DNA from: Clostridiales bacterium
GTDB taxonomy: Bacteria; Bacillota; Clostridia; Lachnospirales; WRAX01
DNA length: 50,123 nucleotides
NCBI GenBank assembly: GCA_031265685.1
Contig: JAISCI010000029.1
Location: 1-50,123, forward strand
Reading direction: 5' to 3'
Part shown: piece after piece, positions 8,282 to 18,896 of the stretch
How the letters are laid out: each line of letters begins with the position of its first letter
How positions within the stretch are numbered: position 1 is the stretch's first letter
Notes under the pieces: generated by a model
Told to the model about the DNA's origin: nothing
What the model saw: only the letters and a program-made list of their open reading frames with translations
Databases searched by the model: none
Program-made: the position numbers and the translations under genes

Positions 8282-9541
8282 GTGCGCGCCTATATGCTCG
8301 GCGAGCCGCTCGGCGTAATCTTCCGCGTGTTCCGCCCAGAGCCGGTACAACCGGCTGCGGAACTGCGGCGCCGTCAGAATATGCCCGTAGGTGATGTGGA
8401 CGACCTGGCGCGCGTCGTCGTCGTCCAGAACGGACGGAAGGTCGGAATCGGGAACGCCGGAAATATCCGGGGCGCTTTCGGGCGCCGCCTTAACGTGGTA
8501 GAATCGTCGCGCGTCCGCGAAACTCTCCAGAGCGAAGGCGTAAACCTCGCGGAACAGCGCCGGATCCGCCGCCGCGACCACGCGGACCGCCTCGAGCCAG
8601 TTGGTGCCGGCGGTCTTCAGGTGGAAGCGACCGCGCGTCAGTCTGCCGACGGAACGGAACACGGCGAATTTATCCGATCCGGAATGGATCGACAGTTTGT
8701 ATCCAAACCGTTCCGCTATCTCCCGGTGCGCGGCCAGCTCGCGCTCGAATTGGCTTATATCGCCGATATAGTCGATCCCCTTCTGAAACTCACCGCAAAA
8801 GCGCGGCGCGACGGTCGCGGGACGGACGCCCCGCGCGGCCAGACTTTCCGCTACGTACAGATGCTGGGCCGGCGTCGTGGGCGTATCGGTCTCGTCGATC
8901 GACAGCTCGAAATCCACTTTGCCGCCCGCGGGCGCGATGTAATCGTGATAGATCCGCGCGGCGAATTCTATCGCGTCTCCGTACACCGCGCGGCAGCTTT
9001 CGGGATCGTCGCCCGAGCCGGGGCGGATATGATCGGAACAATCCAGCGTTATCATCGTGTACCCCAGGCCGATCGCGGCGGTTATGTCCTCCGGGCGCTT
9101 CAGGTGGTCGGCGTCCGCGCCGTAGCCGCGCCGGTACCCCTCTCGGAAGACGGCGAATGTCGCCGCGTCGAGCACGTCCTCAAAGGACCGGTTCGTCAGC
9201 GAAAGCTCGCGCGCGGACTGCTGAGCGAACACCGGAAACACGTCGTAATCCGCGACGGCGCGGATATGCCCCGGCGTCGCGACGCCGAGGCGATCCCCCA
9301 GGCCGATCGTGCGCGGATTGGACAGTATCGGAGCGGGCGCGGTGAAAGGCAGCAGAGAGCGCAGCGCGGCGGCGTTCGCGCGGGTCAGTTCGCCCCCGCC
9401 GAACGCGTCTTTTACGGCGCCGGCGGTCACTACTATGTCGCGCCCATTGTGCCGCGCCATGGCGAGGCCTCCGTCTTGCACCTCGCTCACCGAGTCCGGG
9501 TACACGCGCGCGCCATCCGGCAGTACGAAATCAATACTCAA
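8231..9541 (-). CDS. uxaE: Tagaturonate/fructuronate epimerase
   Basis: GLGDRLG, QQSARE, GADADHLK, FELSIDE, GEFQKGIDY, SIHSGSDKF, HLKTAGTNWLEA motifs. Confidence 0.9.
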   Translation of the reverse strand: MSIDFVLPDGARVYPDSVSEVQDGGLAMARHNGRDIVVTAGAVKDAFGGGELTRANAAALRSLLPFTAPAPILSNPRTIGLGDRLGVATPGHIRAVADYDVFPVFAQQSARELSLTNRSFEDVLDAATFAVFREGYRRGYGADADHLKRPEDITAAIGLGYTMITLDCSDHIRPGSGDDPESCRAVYGDAIEFAARIYHDYIAPAGGKVDFELSIDETDTPTTPAQHLYVAESLAARGVRPATVAPRFCGEFQKGIDYIGDISQFERELAAHREIAERFGYKLSIHSGSDKFAVFRSVGRLTRGRFHLKTAGTNWLEAVRVVAAADPALFREVYAFALESFADARRFYHVKAAPESAPDISGVPDSDLPSVLDDDDARQVVHITYGHILTAPQFRSRLYRLWAEHAEDYAERLAEHIGAHLKNLFYSSNGDHANLR

Positions 9542-9606
9542 CGGCGTATCACTTCCTTCATTATAATATATAATCTAACTACATGAATGAACAAAAACGG
9601 CTGGGA

Positions 9607-11001
9607 CTAAACATCCCAGCCGTCGGGCAAATATTCCAGCGTGGCGCGGATCATCGAGCGCAACAGCGCGTCGGCGCCGCCCGGAGGCACCGACGACATC
9701 AGCGGATCGTTCTGGAACGTCGAGAGCGCCAGCCTGTAGTCGCGGCGGAGAGCGGCGTCCAAGGTATTGCGCTGGTTGTGCGCGTGCCGCGCCACGAGCG
9801 GCAGCACATTCCCCGGGAGCGATCCCGCCGCTACCGGCAGTATAGCCCCGCGCCGGAACAGCGCGTTTGTCTCGACGACGGCGCCGCGCGGCAGGTTCTC
9901 GATCTGCCCGCTGTTCGGCAGGTTCACGTTGCTGATCAGGTCGCCCAAGCCGAGCAGCGCCTTGATGAGCAGGTGTCCTTCCTCGCCGGAGGGCGTAATC
10001 CGAAGCTCCTCCTCGCCGGAGACGAGCGCGTCGCTGCGGCGGAGCCGCCTCGCCAGATCCCGCTCGCGCCAATCGACCGACGTCAGCGCGAAGCCCCAGC
10101 TCTCGACCGTCTCCGGGTCGCGGAGGTACCACGGCGGCATGAACTCGGCCAAGTGCCTGTCCCCGGCCGCCGCTATCAGCCCGTAGCGCCGGAACAAGTC
10201 GAACTTAACGCGGTGGCTGCACACGAAATTCTTATTGAACGATACCTCGTCCTCGGCGAAAGCGAACCCGCTCTCGAAATACCTGCCGGCGAACCCGGCG
10301 TAGAGCGGAAACAGGTCGATCCCGCGATAGCTGGCTTTGTCGAACCACGTGAAGTGGTTGACGCCGAGCACGTTGACCGCGATCTCCTGTCTCGTCACGC
10401 CTTCTGCGCCAAGGGTATCCGCGAGCATGGCGGCCAGCAGCTTCTGCGTGCCGAACACCTCATGGCAGCAGCCGAAGGCGCGTATACCGGGGAACGTCTC
10501 GTAAAGCGCCGCTATGCACACGCTCATCGGGTTAGTATAGTTGACGACCCAGGCTTCGGGCGCGTAGTCGCGGATCGCTTCCGCTATCTCAACGAACATC
10601 GGCACGGCGCGCAGCGCGCGGACGAACCCGCCCGGACCCACCGTGTCGCCGACGGACTGCCATACGCCATAGGCTTCCGGCGCGTGGACGTCCGAGCGCA
10701 TCTCGCGGAATGTGCCCGGCAGTATCGATATGACGACTACGTCCGCGCCCTCGAGCGCTTCGGCCAGACTGTCCGCGACGGAATACTTCCAGCGGGACAC
10801 CGCGTCCTTGTGCGCGGATATTTTATTTCCGATAACGGCGTTCCGGCCGGCGGCCGCGTGGTCTATGTCGTACAGGCGGACGGCGCCGGCCACGCTCTCG
10901 TCCATGGCCAGATCCATCATGAAGCCCCACGCCCACCCGCGCGACCCGCCGCCGATATACGCCACGCTCACGTCCGCGGCGTTTCCGTTTTCATACCTCA
11001 T
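9607..11001 (-). CDS. GH4 NAD+-dependent glycosidase, alpha-galacturonidase (LplD-like)
   Basis: YIGGGSRGW, QSVGDTVGPGG, NYTNPM, GCCHEVF, GVNHFTW, AAGDRHLAEF; start set at MRYENG after GAGGTG. Confidence 0.85.
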   Translation of the reverse strand: MRYENGNAADVSVAYIGGGSRGWAWGFMMDLAMDESVAGAVRLYDIDHAAAGRNAVIGNKISAHKDAVSRWKYSVADSLAEALEGADVVVISILPGTFREMRSDVHAPEAYGVWQSVGDTVGPGGFVRALRAVPMFVEIAEAIRDYAPEAWVVNYTNPMSVCIAALYETFPGIRAFGCCHEVFGTQKLLAAMLADTLGAEGVTRQEIAVNVLGVNHFTWFDKASYRGIDLFPLYAGFAGRYFESGFAFAEDEVSFNKNFVCSHRVKFDLFRRYGLIAAAGDRHLAEFMPPWYLRDPETVESWGFALTSVDWRERDLARRLRRSDALVSGEEELRITPSGEEGHLLIKALLGLGDLISNVNLPNSGQIENLPRGAVVETNALFRRGAILPVAAGSLPGNVLPLVARHAHNQRNTLDAALRRDYRLALSTFQNDPLMSSVPPGGADALLRSMIRATLEYLPDGWDV

Positions 11002-11018
11002 ACCACACCTCGGAACAC

Positions 11019-11047
11019 GGGAGAACCGGCGAGGAACCGATTCTCCC
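11019..11047 (-). terminator. Intercistronic stem-loop after the SBP gene (mRNA stabiliser or partial terminator)
   Basis: gggagaa-ccgg..ccga-ttctccc. Confidence 0.45.
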
Positions 11048-11081
11048 AATCTTCTCTGACTTCTGTTACAGATCTTCCGTA

Positions 11082-12485
11082 TCAGCCGGTGGCGGCCAGT
11101 CTAGTGATCAGCTCGACGATCTGCTGCGCGCCCTCGTCGTTTGTGGCCTCTCCGAACTGAACGGCCTGATATATCCGCTGAAGCTCCTGGATAAACTCCT
11201 GGTCGCCGGGAAGGTTCGGATCCTGTGGGATCGTCTGGCCGGACGCGGCGGCGAAAGCAGAATAGTCGAACAGAATCTTGTCGGCGCCTTCGGCGCTGGC
11301 GGAGAGCGACTCAAGAGCCGGGATCGACGACGGGATACCGCGGTTGGTCTGGAGTATCGCCGCGGCCTCGGGGTGCGACGCGAAGAAATTGAGGAACAGC
11401 GCTGCCGCCTCGACGCTCGCCGCGGTCTTGTTGATCGTGAAGCACTGGCTGCCCTGCGTAGCGAGGGCGGGCTTCCCGCCGGTCGGCAGTACGGTCAGGC
11501 CCAGCTCGTCTGTCGTGGCGCCCTGATACGCGCCGATCTGGTTCGCCCAGATAAGGCCGACGGCGGCCTTGCCGGCGATCAGCGCGGATGTGTCGGGCGA
11601 GGTCTCGGCGTACCCGCCGGTCGTCTCAGCGTCGGGGACGAGCCCGTCGGCGATGTATCCGGTCCAGACGTCAAGCCATCCCTTGGCGCCGTCCGCGTCC
11701 ACGAACGTCTGCAGGTCGCTGGTCCAGACCGGCTTGTCGAGCTGACGGAACCAGTAGGCTATATAGTTCGCCTGATTCGCCGCGTTGTCCACGAACGGGT
11801 ACACGCCCTCGGGCAACAGAGCCTTGACGGACTCTCCGTAGGCTTTCATCTCTTCCCAAGTCCACGTGGCGGGCGGAAGCGGAGCGCCCGCGGACTCGAG
11901 CAGCGTCTTGTTGTAGACGAGCGCGAGCAGGTTCTTGCCGACGCAGACGCCGAGACGGTCGCCGCCCGCGCTGTAGATGTCGAACGTGGTCTGATCAAAT
12001 GCGGCGGGGTCGGCCACGTTCGCCAGCTCGCCGCCGAAATAGGACTGAAGCGGGACGATGAATTCCTTGAAGTCCGCGAAGTTTCCGCCCATCTGGATGA
12101 TGTCGGCGGCGTTTCCGGCGGTCAGCTGGGTCTTCACCATGTCGAACATCTCGTTGGTGCCGGGAGCGGGTTCGCCCGTCACCTTGATCGACGGATAGTA
12201 GCTCTCAAACAACGCTATCACGTCGTCTGTCCTCTGTACTCGGTCGTCGTTGCCCCAGTAGGCGAGACGAAGCTCTACGGGATCGCCCGTGTACTGCGGG
12301 TAGCCCTCCGGACCCTCGGCGACTGCCGGCGGCTCGACCGCGGCCGGCTCGGTCGTCACTTCGGCGGCGGGCGCGGTGGTTGCGACGGGCGTGTCCGTGT
12401 TGTTGGCGGCGGGCTGGTCGCCTCCGCAAGCGGTCAGGCCGAACGCCATAGCCGCGGCCATGAGCAGCGCTAGCGTCTTTTTCAT
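11082..12485 (-). CDS. Carbohydrate ABC transporter substrate-binding lipoprotein
   Basis: Lipobox LTAC, Pro/Ala/Thr linker, LRLAYWG, YNKTLLE..WTWEE; GGGAGGA RBS before MKKTLAL. Confidence 0.9.
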   Translation of the reverse strand: MKKTLALLMAAAMAFGLTACGGDQPAANNTDTPVATTAPAAEVTTEPAAVEPPAVAEGPEGYPQYTGDPVELRLAYWGNDDRVQRTDDVIALFESYYPSIKVTGEPAPGTNEMFDMVKTQLTAGNAADIIQMGGNFADFKEFIVPLQSYFGGELANVADPAAFDQTTFDIYSAGGDRLGVCVGKNLLALVYNKTLLESAGAPLPPATWTWEEMKAYGESVKALLPEGVYPFVDNAANQANYIAYWFRQLDKPVWTSDLQTFVDADGAKGWLDVWTGYIADGLVPDAETTGGYAETSPDTSALIAGKAAVGLIWANQIGAYQGATTDELGLTVLPTGGKPALATQGSQCFTINKTAASVEAAALFLNFFASHPEAAAILQTNRGIPSSIPALESLSASAEGADKILFDYSAFAAASGQTIPQDPNLPGDQEFIQELQRIYQAVQFGEATNDEGAQQIVELITRLAATG

Positions 12486-12569
12486 GCTGATTCCTCCCAA
12501 TTTTGTAGTGTGACGCACGTATATGTATGCGGGGATCCGCGCCGTTATCCAGCGGAAAAACGGCGTCAC

Positions 12570-12708
12570 ACTAATCCCATTTTACAAAGACGGGTAAAAA
12601 TTTTTCAGTTCGCGCCAAGGAAGTTTGCTTGGTTCACGCAAACTTCAGAGCCGCGCGAACGCGCTGACGCTTGAAAAATTTTATCCATAAATCTAAATGG
12701 GATTAGCA

Positions 12709-12709
<1 letters not shown>
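12570..12709. repeat. Family-B hairpin element with a family-A unit (12620-12646) in its loop
   Basis: Termini actaatcccattt / aaatgggattagcat; inner aaaatttttca / tgaaaaatttt; central gaagtttgc-ttggttcac-gcaaacttc. Confidence 0.85.
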
Positions 12710-13587
<878 letters not shown>

Positions 13588-13590
13588 GCG

Positions 13591-14499
13591 CTATTCCCCC
13601 GTTCCGTATGACACCCACGAACCCGACGAGCGGAAGATGATAAGCGTCAGGACCGCGATAATGAGCAGCAGAACCCAGGCCATCGCCGAGGCGTACCCCA
13701 TGTCGCTGAGATAGAATCCCTTGTTGTAAAGGTAGAGCGAGTAAAACAGAGTGGAATCCACCGGGCCGCCCTTGCCGCCCGAGATGATGTACGCCTGCGT
13801 GAACGCCTGGAACGCCGAGATCATCTGCATGATAAGGTTGAACAGGATGACCGGCGTGAGCGACGGCACGGTTATCTTGAAGAACTGCCGAACCTTGCTC
13901 GCGCCGTCGATGGAGGCGGCCTCGTAGTAATCCTGCGGTATCTGCTTAAGCCCCGCCAGGAAGATGATCATGGACGAGCCGAACTGCCAGACAGTCAGTA
14001 TCACGAGCGTCCATATGGCGTACTTCGGATTGGCGATCCACCCGGGCAGGTCGGACGCGTTTATCCCCGGCAACGACCCCAGCAGCATGTTTATAACGCC
14101 GTCCTTCGAGAACAGCTTGCGCCACAGAACCGCTATCGAGACCGATCCGCCCAGCAGCGTCGGTATGTAGTATATCGCGCGGTAGACGCCCACGAACCGC
14201 AGCTTCTGGTTCATCAGCACCGCGATCAGCAGCGCGAATATCAGCTTGAGCGGCACAGACACGAACACATAGAGAAACGTCACCTGGAGCGACTTCATGA
14301 ATTTCGGGTCGGACGTGAACATCTGGATATAGTTGCCCAATCCGATGAACTGTGTGGAGTTCGGCCTGGTGATGTTATAGTTCGTCATGCTCATGTACAG
14401 CGACATCGCCATCGGATACAGCGTCATCACGAAGAACCCGATCAGCCACGGCAGCAGGAACAGGTACGGAACCGAGTTTTTCTTAAGGAAGCTTTTCAC
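13591..14499 (-). CDS. Carbohydrate ABC transporter permease (MalF-like)
   Basis: FIGLGNY, FLAGLKQIP..YEAASIDGA, MGYASAMAW. Confidence 0.92.
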   Translation of the reverse strand: MKSFLKKNSVPYLFLLPWLIGFFVMTLYPMAMSLYMSMTNYNITRPNSTQFIGLGNYIQMFTSDPKFMKSLQVTFLYVFVSVPLKLIFALLIAVLMNQKLRFVGVYRAIYYIPTLLGGSVSIAVLWRKLFSKDGVINMLLGSLPGINASDLPGWIANPKYAIWTLVILTVWQFGSSMIIFLAGLKQIPQDYYEAASIDGASKVRQFFKITVPSLTPVILFNLIMQMISAFQAFTQAYIISGGKGGPVDSTLFYSLYLYNKGFYLSDMGYASAMAWVLLLIIAVLTLIIFRSSGSWVSYGTGE

Positions 14500-14544
14500 C
14501 GCCAGGACTCCTTTCCGTTAGAGATAAATAACTTAAACCAAGGC

Positions 14545-14630
14545 AATTTCGCGTGAACCCGCGAAAATTCATTGGGGGCGCCGCCCCAAACCCCGCCTCT
14601 TTTCTTAAAAGAAAAGAAGCAAAAGAACTT
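14545..14630. repeat. Family-A unit (14545-14570) abutting a second REP-like hairpin cassette (14574-14630)
   Basis: aatttcgc-gtgaaccc-gcgaaaatt, then ggggcgccgcccc aaaccccg and cttttct-taaa-agaaaag hairpins. Confidence 0.7.
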
Positions 14631-14631
14631 G

Positions 14632-15525
14632 TTACAGAAGAAATAGTTTGCCGCCTTTTATCGCCGCCCCGCGGACTTGGCAGCGCTCGTTCGGCGTGTC
14701 GTTGGGCGAATGGAACGCTATGTAAAGGCGCTCCGATTCATCCCTGAAGAACATCCCGTGCCCTCCGCCCGAGACGAGCGGTTCCGGCTGCTGCTCCCAC
14801 GGCTCGAACAGCCCGCCCGAGTCCGACCGCGCGTATCCGAGACAGTACCTGCCGTCCGCCCCGAACGACGACCACAGCATATACAGCGCGCCGTCCGGAC
14901 CGCGGAGCAGGTTCGGCCCGTCGGTGACATAACTGCCCGGGGCGCGGCCCGCCAACGGGTACGCCCACGGCGCCGAGCTGGCCGCGAACAGCGTCACGGG
15001 TTCGCCGGCGGCTTTCGTAAGGTCCGGCGACAGCCGCATTGCGCATACCGTCCCATCGCCGATCTGCTGCCACTCGTGACAGAACGCCATGTAACAAGTT
15101 TCATTTTCTATCCACAGCGAGCCGTCCAGGCACTCCCGTTCGGGGGGCGTGACCGGCTCGTCGGTGATCGGGACGAAAGGACCAAGCGGGTTTTCGGCCC
15201 GCAGTACGGCGGTGCCCCGCCGGCCCGCCTTCGGCTTGAAAGTAGCGAACATATAGTACGCGCCGTTTAGCGGGTATACCTCCGGCGCCCAAAAATTCTT
15301 CTCCGACCAGAAACCGGCGTCAGGGCGGAACACCGGGAACGGGCCGTCCAGTTCTTCCGTCCCGCCGCCCCGATACGCGTCGAACCCCGTACCGCCGCGC
15401 CATATATCCTTGTCGGTAGAACCGTACAGATAATACGCGCCGCCCTCCAGCAGGAAATACGGGTCGCGGATCTGAATATCTTCAAGACGAATTCCGCTTG
15501 ATTCACGCGAAATTACCTTTTTCAT
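14632..15525 (-). CDS. GH43 family glycoside hydrolase
   Basis: IRDP, FWAPEV, CLDGSL, CHEW, VTDGP, GGHGM five-bladed propeller motifs; contains a family-A unit at 15489-15515 in-frame near the N-terminus. Confidence 0.88.
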   Translation of the reverse strand: MKKVISRESSGIRLEDIQIRDPYFLLEGGAYYLYGSTDKDIWRGGTGFDAYRGGGTEELDGPFPVFRPDAGFWSEKNFWAPEVYPLNGAYYMFATFKPKAGRRGTAVLRAENPLGPFVPITDEPVTPPERECLDGSLWIENETCYMAFCHEWQQIGDGTVCAMRLSPDLTKAAGEPVTLFAASSAPWAYPLAGRAPGSYVTDGPNLLRGPDGALYMLWSSFGADGRYCLGYARSDSGGLFEPWEQQPEPLVSGGGHGMFFRDESERLYIAFHSPNDTPNERCQVRGAAIKGGKLFLL

Positions 15526-15542
15526 AATTATCAACTTTCTGG

Positions 15543-15587
15543 TTGCGTTATGCTGAACGCTGTGTTATTATATGTAACGAATTTTCA
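15543..15587 (+). promoter_or_regulatory. Putative sigmaA promoter plus operator-like box for the six-hairpin GH gene
   Basis: TTGCGT-17-TATTAT with extended TG; TGTAACGAATTTTCA at 15573-15587 resembles the box at 17735-17748. Confidence 0.45.
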
Positions 15588-15597
15588 TTGCCATATA

Positions 15598-15655
15598 GAT
15601 TTTCGCGGGTTCAGGCGAGAATCACAGCGGATTTTCGCGGATTCAGGCGAAAATC
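15598..15655. repeat. Tandem pair of family-A units
   Basis: gattttcgc-gggttcag-gcgagaatc and gattttcgc-ggattcag-gcgaaaatc. Confidence 0.85.
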
Positions 15656-15679
15656 ACTTATAGAGGGAGGCGGCGCGGC

Positions 15680-17716
15680 GTGATAGACCGCGAACAGCTT
15701 GTAACGCGCCACAACACGCGCTTTTCAGCGCTTCATAACGAGCCGCTCTCCGTCGGCAACGGTCGTTTCTGTTTCACCGCCGATTACACCGGACTGCAGA
15801 GCGAACCGGCGCTCTATCCGGGCTTCCCGCTAACGACTATGGCGGAATGGGGCTGGCACAGCTACCCCGACGCGCCGAAATCCGAGAAAGGCCTCAGGCT
15901 CACATCCTACGACACGTTCGGGCGCGGCGTCCGCTACGCCACCGAACACGAGGGGCAGGAAGAACTCTTCTACGCCCTGCGCCGGAACGCCCACAAGGTA
16001 TCGCTGGCGCGGCTCTCGTTCACATTGGACGCGTCCGGGCTTGCGGGGGGAACCGCCGTCGCGCGGACGCTGGATATGTACCGCGGTGTACTCTCGTCCG
16101 AATTCATTGCCGCCGGGGAGACCGTTAATGTGGAAACGTTCGTCGATCCCGACCGCGACGCCGTCTATGTGCGCGCCGAGTCGCCGCTTCTGGCGTCCGG
16201 GCGGCTTGGGATAGAGCTGTCGTTTCCGTACGGCTCGCATACGATCAGCGGAGCGGACTGGACGAAGCCCGATCGGCACACGACCGAATCCGTAGCCGGG
16301 GATGGAACGGCCCATGTAACGCGGCGTTTGGACGACTTGTCCTTCAGCGTCCGCGCGGACTCGCCGGGCGCCTTGATTACGGCGGGCGAACACTCGCTGT
16401 CGTTTGTATGGGACAAACCCGCCGTCTGGCTGTGCGTCCGTTTCGACATGAATTCCGCGTGGTTCGCGCGAAATTACCCTCGAGGCGCGGACGCCGCCGA
16501 GCCGTTCGGCGCGGCGAAACTCCGTCTGGCCGAATTCTGGCGCGGATACTGGCAGTCCGGCGGCGCGATAGACCTTTCGGAATCGTCCGACCCCCGCGCT
16601 TTCGAGCTGGAGCGCCGTATCGTTCTGTCGCAATACCTGACGGCCATTCAGAGCCGGGGCAGCCTGCCGCCCGCCGAGACAGGCCTGACGCTCAACAGCT
16701 GGTACGGCAAGTTCAACGTCGAGATGCACTGCTGGCACATGGCGCACTTCGCGCTCTGGGGCCGGGCCGGCGTTATCCGGCCAAGTCTCGCGTGGTATAA
16801 ATCCGCGCTGCCCGCCGCCAGAGAGATCGCGCGCTCACAGGGTTACGAGGGAGCGCGCTGGCCGAAGCTCTGCGACGCCAGCGGATACAACTCGCCGTCC
16901 GCGATAGCCGTCCTTCTCATTTGGCAGCAGCCGCACCCCATCATGCTGGCCGAGCTTATCCGGCGCGCCGGGGCGCCCCCCGAGTTTACGCGCGAATACG
17001 CCGAAGTGATCGCCGAGACCGCGAATTTCATGGTTTCTTTCGCCCGCTGGGACGGTTCGCGTTATGTGCTGGGGCCGCCGTACTACCCGTCGCAGGAGCG
17101 GTTCGACCCGCGTACAGTGCTGAACGCCGGGTTTGAGGTCGAATACTTCCGATGGGGTCTGCGGAAAGCCGCCGAGTGGACCGCCGAGACGGGCGGAACG
17201 CCCGATCCGCGCTGGATACAAGTCGCGGACAAACTCGCCGCGCCCGCCGTCGCCGACGGCGTGTTCCCAGCGCATGAGAACTGCCCCGAGACGTTCACGA
17301 CCGCCCCGTTCAATACCGACCACCCGTCGCAGACGGCCATGCTGGGGTTCCTGCCCGGGGACGGCGTCGATCGCGCCGTTATGAGCGCCACGCTCGACCG
17401 CGTTCTCTCCGATTGGGACATACCCTCGGTCTGGGGCTGGGACTTCCCGATGATGGCTATGACCGCGGCGCGGCTGGGCCGGCGGGAGGACGCCGTAAAT
17501 CTGCTGCTGATGGATTCGCCCAAGAATACCTGTATGCCCAGCGGCCACAACCGCCAAGGCGACAAGGCCGACCTGCCGCTGTATCTGCCCGGCAACGGAG
17601 CGTTGCTGCTGGCCGCCGCCATGATGGCTGCCGGCTGGGACGGAGCGGAAGGATACGCGCCCGGTTTTCCCGAAGGGTTCGTCACGCGGCACGAGGGGCT
17701 GTCGAGATATATCTGA
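15680..17716 (+). CDS. Six-hairpin (alpha/alpha)6 glycosidase, GH65/GH95-like, substrate unknown
   Basis: IDREQLVTRHN, LSVGNG.F.FTAD.TGLQ, ETGLT.NSWYGK, GARWPK, LIWQQPH, WGWDFP, YLPGNG; GGGAGG RBS. Confidence 0.75.
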   Translation: MIDREQLVTRHNTRFSALHNEPLSVGNGRFCFTADYTGLQSEPALYPGFPLTTMAEWGWHSYPDAPKSEKGLRLTSYDTFGRGVRYATEHEGQEELFYALRRNAHKVSLARLSFTLDASGLAGGTAVARTLDMYRGVLSSEFIAAGETVNVETFVDPDRDAVYVRAESPLLASGRLGIELSFPYGSHTISGADWTKPDRHTTESVAGDGTAHVTRRLDDLSFSVRADSPGALITAGEHSLSFVWDKPAVWLCVRFDMNSAWFARNYPRGADAAEPFGAAKLRLAEFWRGYWQSGGAIDLSESSDPRAFELERRIVLSQYLTAIQSRGSLPPAETGLTLNSWYGKFNVEMHCWHMAHFALWGRAGVIRPSLAWYKSALPAAREIARSQGYEGARWPKLCDASGYNSPSAIAVLLIWQQPHPIMLAELIRRAGAPPEFTREYAEVIAETANFMVSFARWDGSRYVLGPPYYPSQERFDPRTVLNAGFEVEYFRWGLRKAAEWTAETGGTPDPRWIQVADKLAAPAVADGVFPAHENCPETFTTAPFNTDHPSQTAMLGFLPGDGVDRAVMSATLDRVLSDWDIPSVWGWDFPMMAMTAARLGRREDAVNLLLMDSPKNTCMPSGHNRQGDKADLPLYLPGNGALLLAAAMMAAGWDGAEGYAPGFPEGFVTRHEGLSRYI

Positions 17717-17734
17717 TTTACTGCGAAACCCATA

Positions 17735-17782
17735 TGTAACTATTTTCACCGAAAGTGTAACGTAATTACGCGCCGTTGTCAA
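17735..17782 (-). promoter_or_regulatory. Leftward sigmaA-like promoter with operator-like box, divergent from the LacI gene
   Basis: Minus TTGACA (17782-17777), 17 bp, TACACT (17759-17754); TGTAACTATTTTCA at 17735-17748. Confidence 0.5.
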
Positions 17783-17870
17783 TAGATATGTTAAATTTGA
17801 TAACTTTTTCGATAGGCGGCGTGGAATTTTTATGGTTTTTAACGCGGCGACGCATTATAGGGTGATTTTT

Positions 17871-18860
17871 GTGAACATTCACGATATAGCCGCCATGTGC
17901 GGCGTATCCGCGGCGACGGTGTCCCGCGTCATAAACAACAGCCCGAACGTAAGCCCGCCCACGCGCGAGCTGGTCCTTCGGACCATGCAGGAGGCGGAAT
18001 ATATCCCGAACGCCTTCGCGAGCGGGTTCGGGCGCAACTCGATGCAGCTGGCTGGTATCCTCTGCCGAGACGTCGCCAATATGTATTACGCGAACGTCGT
18101 CTCGCTGCTGGAGCGGGAGCTTCGCGGCAAGGGGTTCGACTCGCTGCTCTGCTGCACCGGGCGCAACCTGACCGACATCAAGGAGCGGCTGACGTCTGTA
18201 CTCCAGAAGCGCGTCAACGCCGTCATCCTAGTCGGCTCGGCCTACCGCGAGGAGCGCGATAACAGCCACATCCGCGAGGCCGCCGCGCAGGCGCCCGTGT
18301 TCATGGTAAATGCGTTTATCCAGACGCCGAACGTATACTGCGTATACTGCGACGAGCGCGACGCGATGAAAAACGCCGTAAAGCGGCTGTTTGAGGACGG
18401 ACGCCGCAAAATCCTCTATATCCACGATATGGCGAAGTGGGCGTGGAGCGGCAGCCAGAAACTGGCTGGGGTGCGCGACGGCCTGACCGAATGCGGCCTG
18501 ACCCCGGGCGACGACCTGATCCAGCAAGTGACGAACGGTATCGACCCGGCGCGCAGGCGCGTATCCGATCTGATCGAGCGCGGAGTGGATTTTGACGCGG
18601 CGCTGGCTTCGGAGGATCTGCTCGCCATAGGCGCGCAGAAGGCGCTGCTCGCGGCGGGCAAGGACATTCCCGTGGTCGGCTTCAACAACAGTCAGCTGGC
18701 CGAATGCGCCACGCCGGAGTTATCCTCCGTCGATAATATGCTGGAGACGATCTGCGTCATGTCCGTGGACTTTATGGCGAGCCTGCTGGCGGGCAACAAG
18801 ATACCGCAGAAAGTGGTGGTGTCGGCGGAACTGGTCCAACGCAAGACGTTTCGGGCTTGA
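17871..18860 (+). CDS. LacI family transcriptional regulator
   Basis: HTH NIHDIAAMCGVSAATVSRVIN, YIPNAFA hinge, VVGFNN..PELSSVD; GTG start after AGGGTG. Confidence 0.92.
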   Translation: MNIHDIAAMCGVSAATVSRVINNSPNVSPPTRELVLRTMQEAEYIPNAFASGFGRNSMQLAGILCRDVANMYYANVVSLLERELRGKGFDSLLCCTGRNLTDIKERLTSVLQKRVNAVILVGSAYREERDNSHIREAAAQAPVFMVNAFIQTPNVYCVYCDERDAMKNAVKRLFEDGRRKILYIHDMAKWAWSGSQKLAGVRDGLTECGLTPGDDLIQQVTNGIDPARRRVSDLIERGVDFDAALASEDLLAIGAQKALLAAGKDIPVVGFNNSQLAECATPELSSVDNMLETICVMSVDFMASLLAGNKIPQKVVVSAELVQRKTFRA

Positions 18861-18896
18861 CGCCAAAAGGGCGTTTGGGAGGCGTCTTTTTGGCGT
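18860..18896 (+). terminator. Terminator hairpin after LacI gene
   Basis: acgccaaaagggcg / cgtctttttggcgt. Confidence 0.65.
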
